DNA from: an uncultured Acidobacteriota bacterium
Lineage (GTDB): Bacteria > Acidobacteriota > Thermoanaerobaculia > UBA5066 > Gp7-AA6
Length of the DNA stretch: 64,000 nucleotides
Assembly: GCA_963810205.1 (NCBI GenBank)
Contig: CAWEMP010000016.1
Span: 140,001 to 204,000 of the forward strand
Reading direction: 5' to 3'
In this document: positions 9,569-20,443 of the stretch, piece after piece
Layout: each line of letters starts with the position of its first letter
Position numbering within the stretch: position 1 is the stretch's first letter
The notes under the pieces: model-generated
What the model saw: only the letters and a program-made list of their open reading frames with translations
Told to the model about the DNA's origin: nothing
The model's database searches: none
Made by a program: the position numbers and the translations under genes

Positions 9569-11780
9569 ATGCGAAAGACCGTCCTCGGCGCCCTCGCGAT
9601 ACTGCTGTCCGGCCTCGCCCGCGCCCAGAGCTCGCCCTTCGTCGACGCGAAGACCGAGCGGGCCCTCGTGAACGAGCTCTCGGGCGATCTCGCCTTCGAG
9701 ACGCTCCGCATCACGACGCAGTGGCACAAGCCCTCGGGCTCCGAAGGCTTCTATGCCGTGGCCCGCGAGGTCGAGGCGCGCGCGAAGGCGGCGGGGCTCC
9801 AGGACGTGCGCTGGATCGACCAGAAGGCCGAGAACCCGAACTGGACCTGCCGGAGCGGCGAGGCCTGGCTTCTCGAGGGCTCGGGCGCCGACGCCGTCCA
9901 GACGAAGATCGCCTCCTCCGCCGACGTCGCGACCTCGATCGCCGACAACTCGCGGCCGGCCGACGTGACCGCGGAGATCGTCGACGTGGGCGCCGGGCGA
10001 GACGCCGGCCGACTACGCGGGCAAGGACGTCCGCGGGAAGATCGTCCTCGCCTTCGGCAGTCTGCGCGCTCGTGATGGAGCAGGCGGTCTGGAAACGCGG
10101 CGCCGCCGGGATCCTGTCGTGGTGCTCGTCGCGGCTGAATCCCCTGGCCGACTCGGCCGACCAGGTCGCGCTGGGTCTCCGTGCCCGACGAGCGACGGGC
10201 CGAAGGGCGAGAAGACGACCTTCGCGGTCGTGATCTCCGCGCGGGAGGGCAAGGCGCTGTCGGACCGGATGCGCGGCGAGAGCGCGCGGCGCTGGGGCGC
10301 CGGGGCGACGAAGGCGCCGCAGCCGCTGCGGCTGCGGGTCGTCGTCGACTCGGTCGTCCTGCCGGAGCGAAAGACCGCGATGGTCGAGGCGCGCATCCCG
10401 GGCACCGATCCGACGCTGCCCGAGATCGTCCTGACCGCTCACCTCCAGGAGGAGAAGTTTTCGGCCAACGACGACCAGTCGGGGGTCGCCAACGTCCTCG
10501 AGATCGGCCGGGCGCTGACGCGGCTGATCGCCGACGGAACGCTGGCCCGGCCCCGCCGCGGCATCCGGTTCTGGTGGGCCGACGAGATCTACTCCGAATA
10601 CCGGTACTTCGCGGACCATCCGGGCGCCGAGAAGCAGTTCCTCGCCAACCTCAACCAGGACATGGTCGGAGCGAAGCAGTCCGCCGGGCACCGGACGCAG
10701 TTCATGGCCCGCACGCCCTGGTCGCAGCCGTCCTTCCTGTCCGACGTCCAGCAGAGCATCCTCGATGCCGTCGTCGACGGCAACAACGCCTACCTCGCGG
10801 CCTGGCAGGCGCAGACGCCGCCGCCCGGCTCGGCGTTCTCGAAGCCCATCTTCTCGCGGCTCGGGACGCGCGAGCCCTTCCGCGCGAAGGCGGTCCCCTA
10901 CTTCGACTCGACGGACCATCTCGTCTTCAACGATCCCTGGGTGCGCGTTCCCGGCACCTCGCTGACGAACTGGCCGGACGAGTACATCCACTCCTCGTCC
11001 GACGACCTCTGGCAGGTCGACCCGACGCAGCTGAAGCGCAATGCCTTCATCGTCGCGGCGACGGCCTGGTGGCTCGCCAACGCCGACGCCAAGGACGTCC
11101 CGTTTCTCGCCGGCTTCGTCGCCGCGCGCGGAACCGAGCGCCTCGCGCGCGATCTCGCGACGGCGCAGGTCTGGATCCGCGACGGCCGGGGCAGCGACGA
11201 GGATCGGCGGCGCGCCGCCGCGGATCTGCTCGCCGTCTCGCAGGCCGTCGAGGCCGCCGCGGTCGAGTCGGCGCGCTCCATCGGTCCCGCACCCGACTCC
11301 GCGGTCGCCGACGGCGCGGCGGCGTTGCGTTCCTCGGGGGCCGCGCTCGCCGCGCGCCTCCCGGCCCGCCCCGCGGCGAGGACCCCGCCCTGGCGCGCCT
11401 GTCGGCGAAGACGCCGCGCTTCGCCGTGACGACCCTCGACGCCTGGATGGCCCTCGAGAAGCGGGTATCCGAGAAGCGGGACGCCGACAAGCGGGCCGCG
11501 CGCGAGCGCAAGGAGGCTGCCGAGGCGGCCCGCAAGAGCCCGCGGACCGGAGCCAAGATCGCGCCCGAGCCGCCGGACGACGACGGCCCCCAAGCTCTCG
11601 CCGCTCATGGGCACGGCCGCGCTGAGCTGGATCGACGGCAAGACGAACGCCGCCGAGATCGCCCGCCGCGTCTGCGCCGAGGCGCTCTCGGCCGGCTGGT
11701 GGTACTACGGCGAGACGACGCCGGCCCTCGTCGAGAAGTTCCTGGAGGAGCAGGCGAGGGACGGTCTGATCGCCTGGTAG
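9569..11780 (+). pseudogene. secreted M28-family peptidase with PA domain, at least 5 frame changes (pseudogene or error-laden CDS)
   Basis: Signal peptide MRKTVLGALAILLSGLARA. PA-like ETPADYAGKDVRGKIVLAFG. M28 core LTAHLQEEKFSANDDQSGVANVLEIGRAL. Tail ...WWYYGETTPALVEKFLEEQARDGLIAW. The pieces are distributed over all three frames. Confidence 0.7.
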
Positions 11781-11827
11781 TCCGGCACTCGACGCGGGCC
11801 GTCGACACGTGAAAGCATCCGGACGGC

Positions 11828-12766
11828 ATGGCCGGCAAGCGCAGAAAGAAGGCCGAATCGAAGTCGCGCGGCCTCGAGGCGCGGGAGGCCGCCGAGGGGA
11901 CGCCTCCCGCGGCCGCGACCGCGCTGCGGGACGCCGTCCGCCAGGACGGCGGCGCGGCCCTCGCCCTCTATCGCGACCCGCTCGGCGGCCACTGGCAGCT
12001 GCTCGCCTCGCTGCCGATCGAGAAGGTCGAGCCCACCGCGTTCCAGCGCGACCTGTCCGAGACGCACGTCAAGCGCCTGACCGGCGTCATCGACGCGCTC
12101 GGCCGCTTCCTCGACCCCATCATCGCGGTGCGCGGCGAGGACGGCGTCTACCGGACGCCCAACGGCCACCACCGCCTCGCGTCGCTGCGCAATCTCGGCG
12201 CCCGCTCGGTCACGGCGCTCGTCCTGCCCGAGCCCGAGATCGCCTACAAGATCCTGGCCCTGAACACGGAGAAGGCCCACAACCTCCGCGAGAAGTCGCT
12301 CGAGGTCATCCGCATGGCGCGCGACCTCGCCGGCCGCGACGGCCTCGCCGAGAAGGACTACGCGCTGGAGTTCGAGGAGGCGGCGTTCCTGACGCTCGGC
12401 GTCTGCTACGAGAAGAACGGCCGCTTCGCGGGAGGCGCCTACCACCCGCTCCTGAAGCGGGTCGACACGTTCCTGGCGAAGCCTCTCGCGAAAGCCCTCG
12501 AGGTCCGCGCCGAGCGCGCCGGCCGCCTCCTCGAGCTCGAAGAGGCCGTGGCGGCCGCGATGCAGGCGCTCAAGGAGAAGGGCTTCGAGAGCCCGTACCT
12601 GCGGACGTTCGTCGTCGCGCGCATCAATCCCCTCCGCTTCCAGCGGGGGGCGAAGGCCGACTTCGACGAGACACTCGAGAAGATGCTCGCCTCGGCAAAG
12701 AAGTTCAAGGCGGACTCCGTCAAGCCCGAGCAGCTCGCCCGGGCCGGCGGCTCCGCGGAGGAGTAG
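11828..12766 (+). CDS. ParB/Srx-fold (ParB-like nuclease domain) protein
   Basis: 312-aa intact ORF. The segment PIEKVEPTAFQRDLSETHVKRL...YRTPNGHHRLASLRNLG resembles a ParB N-terminal domain. No parA is adjacent. Confidence 0.7.
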   Translation: MAGKRRKKAESKSRGLEAREAAEGTPPAAATALRDAVRQDGGAALALYRDPLGGHWQLLASLPIEKVEPTAFQRDLSETHVKRLTGVIDALGRFLDPIIAVRGEDGVYRTPNGHHRLASLRNLGARSVTALVLPEPEIAYKILALNTEKAHNLREKSLEVIRMARDLAGRDGLAEKDYALEFEEAAFLTLGVCYEKNGRFAGGAYHPLLKRVDTFLAKPLAKALEVRAERAGRLLELEEAVAAAMQALKEKGFESPYLRTFVVARINPLRFQRGAKADFDETLEKMLASAKKFKADSVKPEQLARAGGSAEE

Positions 12767-12768
12767 TC

Positions 12769-13563
12769 ATGCGCCGCGTGCTCGCTCTGGCCGCGATTCT
12801 GCTCGCCGCCGCGGTGACGGCCGCTCGTGGGGAAAAGCCGCCCGATCTGGCGACCGCGAGGGTCGTCGACCTGACCCACGCCTTCGACGAGAAGACCATC
12901 TACTGGCCGACCTCCCCGTCCGCCTTCGAGCTCAAGTCGCTCGCCGACGGCAAGACGCCGGGAGGCTGGTTCTACCGCTCGAACACCTTCTGCACGCCCG
13001 AGCACGGCGGAACGCACCTGGACGCGCCGAGCCACTTCGCGAAAGACGGGCAGGCGGCCGACCAGATCCCCGTCCGGCGGCTGATCGCGCCGGCCGCCGT
13101 GATCGACGTCCGCGCCGCCGCGGCCAAGGACCCGGACTACCGCCTGACGCTCGCCGACGTGAAGGCCTGGGAGAAGGCCCACGGTGCGGTGCCCGCCGGC
13201 GCGATCGTTCTCCTCCGCACCGGCTGGAGCGCGCGCTGGCCGGATCGAAAGGCCTACCTCGGGGACGACACGCCGGGAGATGCCTCGAAGCTGCGCTTTC
13301 CCTCCTACGGGGAGGAGGCCGCGAGGTATCTCGTTTCGCAGCGCCGGGTCGCGGCGCTCGGCGTCGACACCGCCTCGATCGACTACGGAGCGTCCCAGGA
13401 CTTCATCGTCCACGTCATCGCCAACGGCGCCAACGTCTTCGGGCTCGAAAACGTCGCGCGCCTCGAGGAGCTGCCCGAGTGGGGCGCCTGGGTGATCGCG
13501 CTCCCGATGAAGATCGCCGGCGGCTCCGGCGGCCCGCTGCGAATCGTGGCGCTCCTGCCGTGA
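12769..13563 (+). CDS. secreted cyclase-family protein (kynurenine formamidase-like amidohydrolase fold)
   Basis: Signal peptide MRRVLALAAILLAAAVTAA. Family motif EHGGTHLDAPSHF. Intact. Starts 2 nt after the ParB-like stop. Confidence 0.85.
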   Translation: MRRVLALAAILLAAAVTAARGEKPPDLATARVVDLTHAFDEKTIYWPTSPSAFELKSLADGKTPGGWFYRSNTFCTPEHGGTHLDAPSHFAKDGQAADQIPVRRLIAPAAVIDVRAAAAKDPDYRLTLADVKAWEKAHGAVPAGAIVLLRTGWSARWPDRKAYLGDDTPGDASKLRFPSYGEEAARYLVSQRRVAALGVDTASIDYGASQDFIVHVIANGANVFGLENVARLEELPEWGAWVIALPMKIAGGSGGPLRIVALLP

Positions 13564-14622
13564 CCGCGGGCGCGACGGCGGCGCCGCACCCCTTCGGCCT
13601 GCACCGCTCGATCGACCCGCCCGGCGTCCTGCCCCAGCTGGCTCGCCGGCTCGACGCCACGCCGCGCGCCCTCGAGAACGAGATCGCGGTCGCGGTGCGC
13701 GCGCTCTCGATCGACTCGGCCTCCTTCCGCCAGTTGCGCGAGACGGAGGCCTCGACCGGAGAGACGGTGCGGGACCAGATCGCCCGCATCGTGCGCGAGC
13801 GCGGGAAGATGCAGAACCCCGTCACGGGCTCGGGCGGCATGCTGCTCGGCGAGATCGCCGCGGTCGGCCCGCGCCACCCCGCCGCCGGCAGCCTGACGCC
13901 GGGCACCGCGATCGCTTCCCTCGTCTCGCTGACGCTGACGCCGCTCCATCTCGAGTCGATCGGCGCCGTCCACATGGCGACCGAGCGGGTCGAGGTCACG
14001 GGGACCGCCATCCTCTTTTCGCGAACGCTCTTCGCCCGGCTGCCGGAGGACTTTCCGGAGGAAGTCGCCCTGGCCGCGTTCGACGTGGCCGGCGCTCCCG
14101 CCGGGGTGCTCCGCGACGCGAAGCCCGGCCAGACGGTCCTCGTCATCGGCACGGGGAAGGCGGGCCTCCTGTGCCTCGCCGCGGCGCGCGAAGCCGTCGG
14201 GAAGAGCGGCCGCGTGCTCGCCGTCGAGCCGAGCCTCGCCGCGGCCGGGCGCGCGCGGGCCCTCAATCTGGCCGACGCGGTCTTCACCGTCGACGCGCGC
14301 GACCCGGTGGCGATGCTGGCGTTGATCGAAACCGCGACCTCCGGCCGGCTCGCGGATCTCGTCGTCAACGTCGCGAACGTCTCGGGGACGGAAGCCGCGA
14401 GCGTCCTGTGCGCGAAGGACGAGGGCGCCGTGCATCTTCTTCGGCATGGCGACATCCTTTTCCGCCGCGGCGCTCGGCGCCGAGGGGCTCGCCAAGCCCA
14501 CCCGGCTCTCCATCGGCAACGGCTTCGTCCCCGGCCACGACCGGACCGCCCTGGACCTGCTCCGGCGCCACCCGGCGCTCGCCGCGGCCTTCGCGTCGCT
14601 CTCGGGAAGGCCGGCGGCGTGA
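13560..14622 (+). CDS. kdd: L-erythro-3,5-diaminohexanoate dehydrogenase, one apparent frameshift
   Basis: GTG 13560 overlaps the upstream stop (GTGA). HPFGLHRSIDPPGVLPQ, RGKMQNPVTGSGGMLLG and Rossmann VLVIGTGKAGLL match Kdd. The last ~60 aa (IFFGMATSFSAAALGAEG...) continue in another frame after about 14438-14445. Confidence 0.85.
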
Positions 14623-15525
14623 GCGCCGCGTCGACCGCCCTCGCGGAGACGATCCGCGGGTCGGGCGCGCGGCGCGTCGCGTTCCTCGGGCTCGCCAAGA
14701 ACGCCGGCAAGACGACGGCGCTCACCGCCGTCCTCGCCGAGCTGCACCGCGCCGGCCTCCCCGCGGGCGCCACGTCGGCCGGCCGCGACGGCGAGGAGTT
14801 CGACGCGATCACGGGCGAGCCCAAGCCCCGCTTTCGCGTCTTCCCCGGCCAGCTCATCGCCTCCGCCGCGACGACCTTCGAAGCCGCGTCGTTCCCCCTG
14901 TCCGAGCTCGCGACGCTCCCCTTCGCGACGCGGTTCGGCCCGGTGCAGCTTCGCCGCGCGGACGGCGAGGGCGAGCTGGAGGTCATCGGCCCTTCCACGG
15001 CCTCGCAGATGGCCCTGACCGCGGCGGCGCTCGAAGCCGCGGGCGCGGAGATCGTTCTCCTCGACGGCGCCGTCGGTCGGCGCGCCTTCGCCGCCGGGCC
15101 GCGTCTGCGACGGCATCGTGCTCTCGGTCGGGATGTCGGCCGGCGACTCGCTCCCCGCCGTTCTCGCCGCCGCGGCTTCGGCGGCCGAGCTCATCGGGCT
15201 GGCCGCGGCGCCGCCGGAGGCGCGCACCCGTCCGTGCCCGGGCGCGATCACCGAGCTCTCGCTGCAGGAAACCGCGCCGGCGGCCGGCGAGACGCTCGTC
15301 GCCGAGGACTTCACGGCCTTCTTTCTCTCGCCCGCAGTCCGCCGCCAGCTGGCCGAGCGCGGCGTGCGCCTCGCCGTGCGAAAGCCGGCGCGCCTGCTCG
15401 CCGTGACCGCCAACCCGACGGCGCCGGCCCGCCCGCCGCTTCCCGCCGCGAAGTTCCTCGAGGCCGTGTCCCGCGAGATTCCCGGCGTTCCGGTCTTCGA
15501 CCTCCTCGCTGACCTCCGGTCATAG
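14619..15525 (+). CDS. P-loop ATPase, candidate lysine 5,6-aminomutase reactivase (KamC-like), one apparent frameshift
   Basis: GTG 14619 overlaps the kdd stop. Walker A GLAKNAGKTT. Sits between kdd and kamD. Frame change at about 15093-15105, continuing as track ORF 15118..15525. The function is assigned from context only. Confidence 0.55.
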
Positions 15526-15553
15526 AATCGGGGCGGCTATACTTTCGCCGCCG

Positions 15554-17113
15554 ATGGCCTCGAAACTGGGCCTCTCCACCGAAGCGATCGAGAGCTGCCG
15601 GCGGCTCGCCCGGCAGGTCGCGGACGGCGTGCGCCGCGAGACCGAGCCGTACACGACCGTCGCGACGGAGCGGACGGTCCTGCGCCTGCTCGGGGTCGAC
15701 GGCGTCGACGCCGACGAGGTCCCGATCCCCAATCGCCTCGTCGAGGCGCTCCAGTCCTGCGGCAAGCTCGGGCGCGGCGCCGCCGTCTGGATCGGCAGCG
15801 CCCTGGCCTCCGGCGCCGCGAGCGTCGCGGAGGCGGCCGCGCTTCTCTCGGACCCCCGCCGGGCGGCCGCCCAGCCCGCGCACCCGCGCTGGCGCGAGGC
15901 CGTCGCGCCCCTCGTCGAGGCCACGGTGGCGCGCATCCGCGCCAACCGCGCCGAGCGGCAGCGGCGCCAGGCCAGCCACCCGCCGGAAGAGCTGCCGCTG
16001 CTCTACGCGATCGTCGCGACGGGCAACATCCACGAGGACGTGGTCCAGGCGGAGGCCGCCGCCCGCGCCGGCGCGCAGTGCATCGCCGTCATCCGCTCGA
16101 CCGCACAGTCGCTCCTGGATCACGTCCCCTACGGCGCCACGACCGCCGGGTTCGGCGGCACCTACGCCACGCAGGAGAACTTCCGACTCATGCGCGCCGC
16201 ACTCGACGCGCTCGAGCCCGAGATCGGGCGCTACGTGCGCCTCGTCAACTACTGCTCGGGCCTGTGCATGCCCGAGATCGCCGCGATGGGCGCCCTCGAG
16301 CGGCTCGACATGATGTTGAACGACGCCCTCTACGGCATCATCTTCCGGGACATCAACCCGCTCCGCACCCTGATCGACCAGAACTTCTCGCGCCGCATCA
16401 ACGCCGTCGCGGGAGTCGTGATCAACACGGGCGAGGACAACTACCTGACGACCGCGGACGCCGTCGAGCAGGCGCCGGCCGTCCTGGCCTCCCAGTTCAT
16501 CAACGAGCGGCTCGCCAAGGAGGCCGGCCTCGAGGACTGGCAGATCGGCCTCGGGCACGCCTTCGAGATCGACCCGGCGCTCGAGGACGGCCTGCTCTAC
16601 GAGATCGCGCAGGCGGAGGCGGCCCGGGAGATCTTCCCGGACGCTCCGCTCAAGTACATGCCGCCGACGAAGCACATGACGGGCAACGTCTTCCGCGGCT
16701 ACCAGCAGAACACCCTCTTCGCGCTGACTTCGGTGGCGACGGGGCAATCGATTCACCTGCTCGGCATGCTGACCGAGGCCCTGCATACTCCGTTCCTCCA
16801 CGACCGCTGGCTCGCCATCGACCAGATGAAGACGATCCGCGCGAACGCCCGGCACCTCGCCGAGGAGCTGCGCTTCGCGCCGGAGGGCCGGATCGTCCGC
16901 CGCGCCCGCGACGTCCTCGCGGGGGCCCGGACGATCCTCGGCGAGGTCGCGCAGAAAGGGCTCTTCGGCGCCCTCGCGGAGGGCGTCTTCGCCGACACGC
17001 GGCGGCGCCGGGACGGCGGGCGAGGCTACGACGGCGTTCTCGCCAAGGACCCGGACTATGCCAACCCGTTCATGGAGGCCTGGACGCAGGCCCCGGCCGG
17101 AGCCCGCGCGTGA
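15554..17113 (+). CDS. kamD: lysine 5,6-aminomutase alpha subunit
   Basis: 519-aa intact [30 protein letters not shown] and [11 protein letters not shown] are typical of KamD. Confidence 0.9.
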   Translation: MASKLGLSTEAIESCRRLARQVADGVRRETEPYTTVATERTVLRLLGVDGVDADEVPIPNRLVEALQSCGKLGRGAAVWIGSALASGAASVAEAAALLSDPRRAAAQPAHPRWREAVAPLVEATVARIRANRAERQRRQASHPPEELPLLYAIVATGNIHEDVVQAEAAARAGAQCIAVIRSTAQSLLDHVPYGATTAGFGGTYATQENFRLMRAALDALEPEIGRYVRLVNYCSGLCMPEIAAMGALERLDMMLNDALYGIIFRDINPLRTLIDQNFSRRINAVAGVVINTGEDNYLTTADAVEQAPAVLASQFINERLAKEAGLEDWQIGLGHAFEIDPALEDGLLYEIAQAEAAREIFPDAPLKYMPPTKHMTGNVFRGYQQNTLFALTSVATGQSIHLLGMLTEALHTPFLHDRWLAIDQMKTIRANARHLAEELRFAPEGRIVRRARDVLAGARTILGEVAQKGLFGALAEGVFADTRRRRDGGRGYDGVLAKDPDYANPFMEAWTQAPAGARA

Positions 17114-17868
17114 CCGCGCCCCGGCTCGTCCGCCCGTACGGCGACAAGAAGGGCGACGGCGCCGTGCAGGTCTCGTTCACGCTTCCCATCCCCCGCTCCG
17201 CCGTGGCGACCGAGGCCGCCAAGCGCTACGTCGCCAAGATGGGCCTGCGCGAGCCGTACGTGACGCTCGCCGAGGCGATCGCTCCGGACTTCACGTACTT
17301 CGTCGTGTACGGACGGTCCACGCACGACATCGACGTCGCGTCGATCGCGGCCGAGGAGGCCCCGGCCGCGGCGCTCTCGCGCGACGAGATCGACGCGGAG
17401 ATCGCCCGCCGCTTCGGCCGGCGGCTCATCGTGCTCGGCTGCGCCCTGGAGTCGGACGCTCACACCGTGGGCATCGACGCGATCTTCAACATGAAGGGAT
17501 TCGCGGGCGACTACGGCCTCGAGCGCTACCACGGCTTCGACGCGCGCAACCTGGGCGCGCAGGTTCCCGTGGCGGAGCTCGCCCGGCAGATCCGGGAGAC
17601 GAAGGCCGACGCGGTCCTCGTGTCGGCCACCGTCACCCAGAACGACATCCACGTCCGCCACTTGACCGACCTCGTCGACATGCTCGAGGCCGAGCGCCTT
17701 CGCGACCGGGTGGTCCTCGTTGCGGGAGGCGCGCGCGTCGACCACGCCCTCGCCAAGGAGCTCGGCTACGACGCGGGCTTCGGACCCGGTACGACCGCCT
17801 CGCGGGTCGCGGCCTTCCTGCTCGAGGAGATCTCCCGCCGACACGCCGCCGCCGGGAGCGGCGCGTGA
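17110..17868 (+). CDS. kamE: lysine 5,6-aminomutase beta subunit (B12-binding)
   Basis: GTG 17110 overlaps the kamD stop. [19 protein letters not shown] and the cobalamin DxHxxG motif (SDAHTVGID). Intact. Confidence 0.9.
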   Translation: MTAPRLVRPYGDKKGDGAVQVSFTLPIPRSAVATEAAKRYVAKMGLREPYVTLAEAIAPDFTYFVVYGRSTHDIDVASIAAEEAPAAALSRDEIDAEIARRFGRRLIVLGCALESDAHTVGIDAIFNMKGFAGDYGLERYHGFDARNLGAQVPVAELARQIRETKADAVLVSATVTQNDIHVRHLTDLVDMLEAERLRDRVVLVAGGARVDHALAKELGYDAGFGPGTTASRVAAFLLEEISRRHAAAGSGA

Positions 17869-18250
17869 GCGAGCGGGTGCTGCTGCGCCTGCGCGTCGGA
17901 GCGGAGCAGGCGCACTACGGCGGCGGCCTCGTCGACGGAGCGTACGTCCTGAAGCTCTTCGGCGATGCCGCCACGGAGCTTCTCGTCCGCCACGACGGCG
18001 ACGAGGGGCTCTTCCGCGCCTACTCTTCGGTCGACTTCCTGGCGCCCGTTCGCGGCGGCGACTACCTCGAGGTCGCGGCGGAGATCACGAAGGTCGGGAA
18101 GACCTCCCGGGAGATGCGCTTCGAGGCCCGCAAGGTGATCGCGGGCGGCCGACGGCTCCGCGGCCCGGGTCATCGACCCGCCGGAGCGTCGTCGCCCGCG
18201 CCACGGGAACCTGCGTCGTGCCGCTCGAGAAGCAGCGGGGCCGGGCCTGA
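17865..18250 (+). CDS. kal: 3-aminobutyryl-CoA ammonia-lyase (hotdog fold), two apparent frameshifts near the 3' end
   Basis: GTG 17865 overlaps the kamE stop. [19 protein letters not shown]...[17 protein letters not shown]. The C-terminal [14 protein letters not shown] is reached only after frame changes at about 18143-18150 and 18180-18188. Confidence 0.8.
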
Positions 18251-19071
18251 GCGACGCGCTGCTGATCACGGTCGCCGGCGTGGGCGCGGAGGTGATGCGC
18301 GAGCAGCAGCCGCACCTGCCGCTCCTGCCCGACGAGGTCGGCGAAGAGTACGCCCGCGCCCACTCCGCCGGCGCGACGATCGGCCACGTCCACGGGCGCA
18401 AGCCCGACGGCCGGCCGACGCAGGACCTCGAGACCTTCCGCGCCTACTCCTCCGCCATCCGCTCGCGCTGCCCCATCCTCCAGCAGTTCTCCACGGGCGG
18501 CGCCGTCGGGATGGGAGTCGAGGAGCGCATCGCGGCCCTGGAGCTCCAGCCCGAGATGGCGACCCTGACGCTCGGCACCTGCAACTTCGGAGAGGACATC
18601 TTCGAGAACTCGCTGCCGACCATCCGCACGATCCTGGCGCGCATCCGGAAGTACGGCATCACACCCGAGCTCGAGATCTTCGACGTCGGGATGCTCGCGA
18701 CCGCCGATGTCCTCTTCGCCAAGGGCCTCCTGTCACCGCCCGCCCACTTCGACTTCGTGCTCGGCGTGCCGGGCGCCGCCGCCGCCACGGCCGAGAACCT
18801 GACGCACTTCGCCCGCTCGATTCCGGCGGGCTGCACCTGGACGGTCGCCGGAATCGGGCGGCGTCAGACCGCGATGGCCACGATGGCGATCGCCATGGGA
18901 GGCCACGTGCGTGTCGGGTTCGAGGACAACATCTACTACCGCAAGGGCGAGCTCGCCGATTCCAACGCCCGCTTCGTCGAGCGCATCGTCCGGATCGCGC
19001 GCGAGGTCGGCCGCGAGCCGGCGACGATCGAGGAGGCGCGGCAGATCCTGCACATCCCGGCCACCGCGTGA
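18247..19071 (+). CDS. kce: 3-keto-5-aminohexanoate cleavage enzyme (BKACE/DUF849 family)
   Basis: [22 protein letters not shown] and [12 protein letters not shown]. The homologous frame is open from 18247, where CTGA occupies the position of the ATGA/GTGA overlaps seen elsewhere. The first GTG is at 18280, so the start is uncertain. Confidence 0.85.
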   Translation: MSDALLITVAGVGAEVMREQQPHLPLLPDEVGEEYARAHSAGATIGHVHGRKPDGRPTQDLETFRAYSSAIRSRCPILQQFSTGGAVGMGVEERIAALELQPEMATLTLGTCNFGEDIFENSLPTIRTILARIRKYGITPELEIFDVGMLATADVLFAKGLLSPPAHFDFVLGVPGAAAATAENLTHFARSIPAGCTWTVAGIGRRQTAMATMAIAMGGHVRVGFEDNIYYRKGELADSNARFVERIVRIAREVGREPATIEEARQILHIPATA

Positions 19072-20443
19072 GCGCCCCGGCGGAGAACGGGCGGCCGGAG
19101 CTCGCCCGGGGCCTCGGCCTCTGGGACACGAGCCTGCTCGTCCTGGGCCTGGTGATCGGCGGAGGGATATTTCTGACGCCGAGCGGAATCGCCAAGGCGG
19201 TTCCCGACGCGACCTGGATCCTCGGCCTCTGGATCGTCGGCGGCCTCCTCGCCGTCGCCGGCGGATTCGTCTACGCCGAGATGGGCGCGATGATGCCGAA
19301 GGCCGGCGGCATGTACGTCTTCTTCCGCGAGGCCTTCGGCGAGCTGCCGGCCTTCCTGTACGCGTGGGTCGCCTTCTGGGTCATCCTGATCGGATCCGAC
19401 GCGGCCGTCGCGATCGGATTCGCTCGGTATCTCTCGGTCTTCTTCCCGTCGCTCTCGGACACGCACGTGGTCCTCGCCCTCGGGCCCGTCTCGATCACCG
19501 CTTCCCAGCTCGTCGCGGTCGGGCTGACGCTCGTCCTGTCGGCCACCCACTACGTCGGCATCCGGGAGGGGGCCCGGATCCAGGGCGTGCTGACGTCGGC
19601 GATCGTCCTCGCCATGCTCTGGATCGCGGTGGGCGGAGCGTTCGCCGCGCGGCCCGCCGCGGCACCCGCGCCCCCCTCGCCTCTGGCGGCCCTCTCGTTC
19701 GCGGGCGTCGGCACCGCGCTCGTCGCCATCTTCTGGACGTATTACGGCTGGAACGAGATCGTGGCGGTCGCCGGCGAGGTCGCCAACCCGCGGCGGAATC
19801 TGCCGCTGGCGCTGATCGTCGGGACCGGCCTCCTGACGCTTCCTCTACGTCGGCGTCAACGCCGCTTTCCTGAAGGCCATCCCGCCGGCCGAGATGGCCG
19901 GGGTCGGCGAGCCGGCGGCCCTCGCCGCGACCCGGCTCTTCGGCGGCGGCGCCGCGTTCGTCATCGCCCTCGCCATCACGGCCGCCGCCGCGGGCTGCAC
20001 GTCGGCCGGCCTGGCCCCGGGGCCGCGGATCGTGTACGCACTGGCCAGGGACGGCATGTTCCCGGCACCCTTCGCGCGCGTCCATCCCCGCTTCCAGACG
20101 CCCGCTTTCGGGATCGTCGTCCAGGCGGTCTGGATGTCGCTGCTCTGTCTCTCCGGGGGCTACGAAGCGCTCTACACCTACGCCACGTTTTTCGTCATCC
20201 TCGCGTACGCGGCGACGGGGATCGCGCTCTTCGTCCTTCGCCGGCGCCAGCCGGACCTGCCCCGCCCGTACCGGTGCTGGGGCTACCCGGTCGTGCCGCT
20301 GGTGTTCGTCGCGAGCACCATCGTCCTCGCCGCCAACACGCGTCCGCGAGCAGCCACGCGAGACGCTCGCGGGCATCGGCATGCTCCTGCTCGGCCTGCC
20401 CGTGTACTACCGGATGCGCCGGCGCGCGCGGAGCGCCGCGTGA
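19068..20443 (+). CDS. APC-superfamily amino acid permease, two apparent frameshifts
   Basis: GTG 19068 overlaps the kce stop. [15 protein letters not shown] and [18 protein letters not shown]. Frame changes at about 19838-19845 and 20335-20345. Ends ...[16 protein letters not shown]. Confidence 0.8.

Noticed and set aside
11828-12766. ParB-like gene as evidence of a plasmid/partition locus
   Set aside because: There is no ParA/Walker ATPase partner, no replication genes and no centromere-like repeat array. The rest of the window carries chromosomal housekeeping genes (guaA, prfB, lnt, lipA).
15526-15553. Cobalamin or lysine riboswitch controlling the kam genes. The 11781..11827 gap was also considered.
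   Set aside because: The intergenic spaces are only 28 and 47 nt, far too short for either riboswitch class. No conserved B12-box-like sequence was seen.
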